Of a stretch of 64,000 nucleotides of DNA, positions 61,195-64,000 are shown piece by piece. The notes beneath the pieces were generated by a model that was given only the letters and a program-made list of their open reading frames with translations, searched no databases and was not told the DNA's origin. Location: assembly GCA_963663965.2 (NCBI GenBank), contig CAXXFK010000001.1:1-64000 (forward strand). Reading direction: 5' to 3'. The DNA is from Sedimentisphaerales bacterium (GTDB taxonomy: Bacteria; Planctomycetota; Phycisphaerae; Sedimentisphaerales; SM23-30). Position numbers and translations under genes: made by a program. How positions within the stretch are numbered: the stretch's first letter is position 1; every line of letters starts with the position of its first letter.

Positions 61195-61956
61195 ATGACA
61201 CTGCTTTTAGAACAGATTGGCTTGGCATCGCAATGGGGGGCAGTAACCGATGCAGGCCGGGTAAGGTCCGATAATCAGGATGCCTGCTGTGCCAATGATG
61301 AAATTGGCCTGTTTGTCGTATCTGACGGAATGGGAGGCCATCGGGGCGGCGCCATGGCCGCCAATATGGTCGTCGATGATTTGCCCATATTTATCGAAGC
61401 GGGACTCTACCGGCTCAAATCACATAGTCCAAGATCTATACGGCGGATGATCCGCCAATCGATTCGCAAACAAAACCGCCAGGTTATGCTCGAAGGAATG
61501 CTTGGCGATGGACATGAAGACATGGGCGCTACGGTTGCCCTGCTGCTGATCCATCAAGAGCGTATCTATGCCTGCAATCTGGGTGACAGCCGCATCTACC
61601 GGTATCGCAACGGCCGCTTAACTCAAATCAGCCAGGATCACTCTTACATACGCGAAATGACCGAACAAGGCGTCCACCCCGATGAACTCAAGGGCTGCGA
61701 AGGCCTGATCACCCAGCACATCGGCATGATGGACAAGGCTCGACCCCATCTCCGTTCGTTTCTGCCCAAACCCGGCGATAAATACCTTCTCTGTTCCGAT
61801 GGCCTGACCGACATGGTCAGCGCCAACGAAATCCGGCAAATGCTCGGCCGACAACTCCCTCCCCCGCTGATCTGTGAACAGCTCGTCGATCTGGCCAACC
61901 AATATGGCGGACCTGACAATATTACCTCGCTGCTGATCGAATACCCCCTGCTATAA
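61195..61956 (+). CDS. PP2C/PPM-family Ser/Thr phosphatase
   Basis: GRVRSDNQD, VSDGMGGH, MGAT, NLGDSR, LLCSDGL, GGPDNIT. Confidence 0.93.
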   Translation: MTLLLEQIGLASQWGAVTDAGRVRSDNQDACCANDEIGLFVVSDGMGGHRGGAMAANMVVDDLPIFIEAGLYRLKSHSPRSIRRMIRQSIRKQNRQVMLEGMLGDGHEDMGATVALLLIHQERIYACNLGDSRIYRYRNGRLTQISQDHSYIREMTEQGVHPDELKGCEGLITQHIGMMDKARPHLRSFLPKPGDKYLLCSDGLTDMVSANEIRQMLGRQLPPPLICEQLVDLANQYGGPDNITSLLIEYPLL

Positions 61957-62043
61957 GTCCATCTCCCCTCCCATGCAAGACTTCTTGGCCGAAAGTTTTA
62001 TTTTCCATTTTCCCAACCTCCCTTCGCGAGTATAATACCCATC

Positions 62044-63777
62044 ATGAAAAATGACCAGTTAACAGCAATATTCGAGGAAATGGGAGACTTGATGGAGATT
62101 TTAGGGGAAGATGGTTTCAGGGTGAATTCCTATCGTAAAGTAGCCCGGATTATACACGATCTGGAAGACGATATCGAAGCCCTGTGGACTGGAGGCCAGT
62201 TAACGACTATCCCCGGAATTGGCAAATCAACCCAGGCGAAAATCGAAGAATTTCTGGAATCCGGCCAGATCGCGGCTCACCTGGAGCTTCTGGACCAGGT
62301 TCCTGAAGGACTGCCCGAACTGCTCTCGATACCAGGCATGGGCCCAAAATCAGTCGCAACCGTCTGGAAAGAACTGGATGTCAAAAATGTGGAAGAACTG
62401 GGCAAAGCGATCGCCAATGGCAGTCTTCAGGCTTTGAAAGGTTTTGGCGCCAAAAAAGCCGAAGCCATTGCGCGCGGGATCAAGTTCCGGGAAGAATCAG
62501 GCGGCAAAAACCTGCTGGCAGAAGGCATTGCTGTCAGCGACTGGATCATCAAGATGCTAAAGCCTGGAAAAAGGCAGATTCAGGTGGCCGGATCAATTCG
62601 ACGCGGCAAAGAAACCATCGGCGATATCGATATTCTGGCCGAAGGCAAACCGAACGATAAACTGATCAAAACATTTACCGAACTACCCGGGGTTCAGGCC
62701 ATTCTGGCCGGCGGCGAAACCAAGGCGTCCATATTATTTTTCGACCCGGCGTTGTGCCGCCAGACCATACAGATTGACCTGCGGGTTGTGGAATCCCATC
62801 AATACGGCGCTGCGCTCAATTATTTTACCGGCAGCAAGGAACACAACGTCCGGCTCCGGGAACTGGCCCGCAAATCAGACTTGAAGCTGAACGAATACGG
62901 CCTGTTCGACTCCAATGATAATGCGATCGCCGGTGAAAATGAACCCGAAATCTATCAAGCCCTGGGCCTGCCCTATATCGAGCCCACCCTGCGTGAGGAC
63001 CGCGGCGAGATCGAAGCCGGCCTGCAAGGCAACTTACCCCCAATCGTTCGCCTCGAAGATATCAAAGGCGACTTGCACATGCATTCACCGGCATCTGACG
63101 GCCGCAGCTCATTGAAAAACATGGTCAACGCGGCCATGAAGCGAGGCTATCAGTATATCGCCATAACCGACCATTCCCGCAGTTCCGCCATTGCCAATGG
63201 CCTGGATATCGATCGACTCCTGAAAAATATCGAAGCCGTGCACGAAGCCAATGGCTGGCATGACAACTTCACCGTCCTGGCTTCCTCCGAAGTGGACATC
63301 CTGGCCAATGGCTCACTCGACTACCCGGATGACATCCTGAGTCAGTTGGATTTTGTCATGGCCTCCGTCCATTCCGGACTGGGTAAGGATGAGAAAAAAA
63401 ATACCCTGCGTATCATGAAAGCCATGGAAAATCCCTATGTGAATTGTATCGGACACCTCACCGGCCGCATGCTCACCCTGCGCGAAGGCATGACCGTCGA
63501 TATCAAAGCCATCTTAAAACAGGCCCGCGACACCCAGACCGCCCTGGAAGTCAGCAGCCAGCCCCTGCGCCTGGATCTATGCGACCGGCACATCCGTATG
63601 GCCGTCGATATGGGCGTCAAGCTGATCATCAATACCGACGCCCACGATACCGAAGGCCTCGATTTAATCCATTTCGGCATTGCCACTGCCCAGCGCGGCT
63701 GGGCCGCCGCCAATGATATCTTAAACACTCGAAGCATTAAAGACTTCCTTGAATGGTGTAGCAAGAAACGACAGTGA
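62044..63777 (+). CDS. polX: DNA polymerase X with PHP 3'-5' exonuclease domain
   Basis: HhH motifs, GSIRRGKETIGDIDIL (DxD intact), FTGSKEHN, DLHMHS..SDG, ITDHS, NTDAH. Confidence 0.95.
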   Translation: MKNDQLTAIFEEMGDLMEILGEDGFRVNSYRKVARIIHDLEDDIEALWTGGQLTTIPGIGKSTQAKIEEFLESGQIAAHLELLDQVPEGLPELLSIPGMGPKSVATVWKELDVKNVEELGKAIANGSLQALKGFGAKKAEAIARGIKFREESGGKNLLAEGIAVSDWIIKMLKPGKRQIQVAGSIRRGKETIGDIDILAEGKPNDKLIKTFTELPGVQAILAGGETKASILFFDPALCRQTIQIDLRVVESHQYGAALNYFTGSKEHNVRLRELARKSDLKLNEYGLFDSNDNAIAGENEPEIYQALGLPYIEPTLREDRGEIEAGLQGNLPPIVRLEDIKGDLHMHSPASDGRSSLKNMVNAAMKRGYQYIAITDHSRSSAIANGLDIDRLLKNIEAVHEANGWHDNFTVLASSEVDILANGSLDYPDDILSQLDFVMASVHSGLGKDEKKNTLRIMKAMENPYVNCIGHLTGRMLTLREGMTVDIKAILKQARDTQTALEVSSQPLRLDLCDRHIRMAVDMGVKLIINTDAHDTEGLDLIHFGIATAQRGWAAANDILNTRSIKDFLEWCSKKRQ

Positions 63778-63850
63778 CGACCAGCAAGTTAAATGAAAAT
63801 AGTTTAGATTATTAAATCAACAAATTCCCAGCCAGAAGAACCAACACCCA

Positions 63851-64000
63851 ATGACACATCAGCAATTAACCAGCGACCAGTTACAGCAATTAGCCAAAAT
63901 CAGACATTTAGCCCTCGATATGGACGGCACAATATACAGCGGCAAAACCCTGTTTGATTTCACCCTGACGGCGCTGGAAACCTTCCGGCAACTGGGAATC
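63851..64000 (+). CDS. HAD-IIA (NagD-like) hydrolase, 5' part (runs off the right edge)
   Basis: MTHQQ...IRHLALDMDGTIY (HAD motif I DxDGT). Confidence 0.75.
   Translation, partial: MTHQQLTSDQLQQLAKIRHLALDMDGTIYSGKTLFDFTLTALETFRQLGI

Noticed and set aside
62044..63777. Catalytically altered non-canonical PolX
   Set aside because: The GDID aspartates and PHP metal ligands are intact, so it looks canonical.

Overview
Bacterial chromosomal window, probably from an anaerobic planctomycete (Phycisphaerae/Sedimentisphaerales-like). This is inferred from an HYExAFE-type gene, an HzsA-like multiheme protein and dockerin-like C-termini. Main content: a truncated trypsin-like protease, malY/patB, a REP-associated tyrosine transposase (RAYT-like), and a complete NAD-linked group 3d [NiFe]-hydrogenase operon (hoxFUYHW plus a single-domain response regulator) with Rex-like boxes upstream. 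Next come asnS with a large coiled-coil insertion, a 1691-aa gingipain (C25)-like protein with unusual domain order transcribed divergently from alpha-2-macroglobulin/pbpC, several carbohydrate-active genes, an ABC-type ATPase + DUF4276 (TOPRIM-like) pair, and a PstI/BsuBI-type R-M island. The right end carries envelope/transport genes, a Ser/Thr kinase with four zinc ribbons next to a PP2C phosphatase, polX and a truncated HAD hydrolase. The least explained features are non-coding. One is a 28-bp motif shared (27/28) by the RAYT upstream region and a distant intergenic site. The other is a 1.3-kb repeat-rich spacer (46.0-47.3 kb) with a near-consensus sigma70 promoter, a small orphan ORF, CCAAACGAACCCAA direct repeats around an IHF-like box, and GTAG-type REP palindromes. 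No rRNA, tRNA or CRISPR array was seen. All calls come from motif reading by eye; no searches were run.
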